From: an uncultured virus (IMG/VR IMGVR_UViG_3300025018_000139)
Lineage: Duplodnaviria; Heunggongvirae; Uroviricota; Caudoviricetes
Strand: one strand, 5' to 3'
DNA: 64,000 nucleotides
IMG/VR virus record: IMGVR_UViG_3300025018_000139
The notes beneath the pieces are model-generated. The model ran no database searches and was not told the origin of the DNA. It worked only from the letters and a program-made list of their open reading frames with translations. The translations under genes were made by a program, and so were the position numbers. Shown here piece after piece: positions 62,557 to 64,000 of the stretch (its first letter is position 1; each line of letters opens with the position of its first letter).

Positions 62557-62631
62557 GACAACAACTTAGTCACTCCAAGGGGCTTGTCCATAGGGAGTTT
62601 TGTAAACGCCAGGTTACAAGAGGCATTATTG

Positions 62632-63855
62632 TTAGAGCGAAGTTTTTTTAATCAATTTTACTTTTTTCTTTGACTTTTTCTTTGTTTTTTTCTTTACTGT
62701 ATAAAGCCGATCATTTCCAATAATTTTGTTTAGTTTTCTGATTCTCTTTTCAAGATCAACAACCTCTTCAAGAGCCTGCTCCAAGCCAAGAACATTTCTT
62801 CTTTTATGGAACTCTACAATAAAAGCAATTGGCAATCTCTTTAGTCGATTTCTTGCTTGGTCAGGAATGTCTGGCCCTATCAGCTTATCTACAATTTCAT
62901 CGTCGAGAGTTTCAACTTCAACCATATCATCAAATCTTCCCGGACGGATTACAGCATCGTCTAAGCTTTCAATATGATTAACTGAAACCATTAACAATTG
63001 AACATTTTCATTAAACTCTTCAAGCTCCGTCAAAAGTTTTGTAGCTCCCATTGAACGATCAAAATCATCAATCATTAAGGTAGAAGGTTTCAAAAGCTCA
63101 ATTGCCAAAATCATATCTTCTGAATTTAGATGTTCAAGATCTCCAACATTAATTCGAAGACTATACTTTCCAAATTCTTTTGCAACGTATCTCATTGCTG
63201 AGCTTTTTCCTGTTCCTGCGGTACCATGAAGCATAACGCTTCTATGATATCCTTTGTCCAAAAACTTTTTAGAACGCTCAAGAATTCCATCAGCGATTGA
63301 ACTTCGATGAACATTGTCTTGCCTGTCAACCTTGAAGACAGTAATTCCCCCGCCCCAGTCATCTTCGATGACACCTTTCTTTTTTCCGATCTCGCAAGCA
63401 GTTGTCCCAAGGTCGGCCCAGACCATTTTTCCAAGAGCTTCCATATACTCTTCTCGGCTTACTTCTTTTCGAACAAATGGGCCATGAATCTTTTCACCAC
63501 CGCCAAAATCTTGCCATCCAAAATTTATTCCATTAATATCTATTGATATTGATCTACTGTCTTCAATCTCTTGAAGAACCTTAATTTCATAGTTTCTTTT
63601 TGCAATGTCAAAAAGATAGTCTTTGTATTCCCAAAGATCAACAAGTGCCCACCCTTTGAAAGGTTTGGATTTTAGCCTTTCAGAATGGTGAAGCCAAGAA
63701 TTTGCAACCTTTAATGAAATTGAAGCATAATCTGATGCGCGCGGAGAATCTCTCAAGTGAATTAAGATATCTCCGGCATCTGATGCAATTTCCAAAAAAT
63801 GCCGAAGACCTTGTTTCCAATTGATTTTTTTAATGCTTTCTTTCCACATTGTCAT
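62632..63855 (-). CDS. AAA+ ATPase (classical clade, single domain)
   Basis: GTAGTGKS, IDDFD and LDDAVIRPGRFD motifs. Confidence 0.88.
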   Translation of the reverse strand: MTMWKESIKKINWKQGLRHFLEIASDAGDILIHLRDSPRASDYASISLKVANSWLHHSERLKSKPFKGWALVDLWEYKDYLFDIAKRNYEIKVLQEIEDSRSISIDINGINFGWQDFGGGEKIHGPFVRKEVSREEYMEALGKMVWADLGTTACEIGKKKGVIEDDWGGGITVFKVDRQDNVHRSSIADGILERSKKFLDKGYHRSVMLHGTAGTGKSSAMRYVAKEFGKYSLRINVGDLEHLNSEDMILAIELLKPSTLMIDDFDRSMGATKLLTELEEFNENVQLLMVSVNHIESLDDAVIRPGRFDDMVEVETLDDEIVDKLIGPDIPDQARNRLKRLPIAFIVEFHKRRNVLGLEQALEEVVDLEKRIRKLNKIIGNDRLYTVKKKTKKKSKKKVKLIKKTSL

Positions 63856-64000
63856 TGGCCAATTATACGAAATTGGTCAACAAAAATTCAAACATAATCT
63901 ATCCCAATAAGATTTTACTTTCTTTTAATTGGCCAGAAAGGCTATCAATTGTTCTTTTCTCTCCAGAAATCGCATCTTCTGCATATGTTTGATTGTTTTC

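Noticed and set aside
1..64000. Genome-wide stop-codon reassignment (code 4, 15 or 25)
   Set aside because: Long conserved genes are uninterrupted in code 11, and both TGA and TAG end recognisable genes; only isolated cases were seen
1..64000. Diversity-generating retroelement
   Set aside because: No reverse transcriptase or TR/VR pair in the window, and adenines in the GGA codons of the repeats are not randomised

Overview
AT-rich, gene-dense window of mostly short ORFs that reads as part of a jumbo bacteriophage genome (standard code 11; no rRNA, CRISPR array, transposase or intact tRNA seen). It carries typical jumbo-phage accessory functions: chaperones (ClpB-like, ClpS, GroEL), DNA repair and metabolism genes (AlkB, pyrimidine-dimer glycosylase-like, UvrD and SNF2 helicases, a minimal DNA ligase, two deaminases), an RNA-repair and counter-defence-type set (Rnl1 RNA ligase, Thg1, CCA-adding enzyme, nucleotidyltransferase, phosphoesterase, Sir2, ATP-grasp), an amino-sugar cluster, a lipoprotein subtilase and a MoxR-type AAA+/vWA-metallopeptidase pair whose peptidase is interrupted by a LAGLIDADG intein. 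The most unusual signal is a dispersed family of eight hexapeptide-repeat (beta-helix) genes. They have constant heads and tails, a variable 18-nt repeat core, and in several copies a flanking direct repeat (AAGGAATTAGAAAATG) that supplies the RBS and start codon of the next gene, like a duplicating gene cassette. Other signals are many apparently leaderless sigma70-type promoters, a candidate structured ncRNA followed by a tRNA-like remnant, an in-frame TGA at a conserved Trp, and perfect palindromes. All product calls come from motif recognition by eye; no database search was run.
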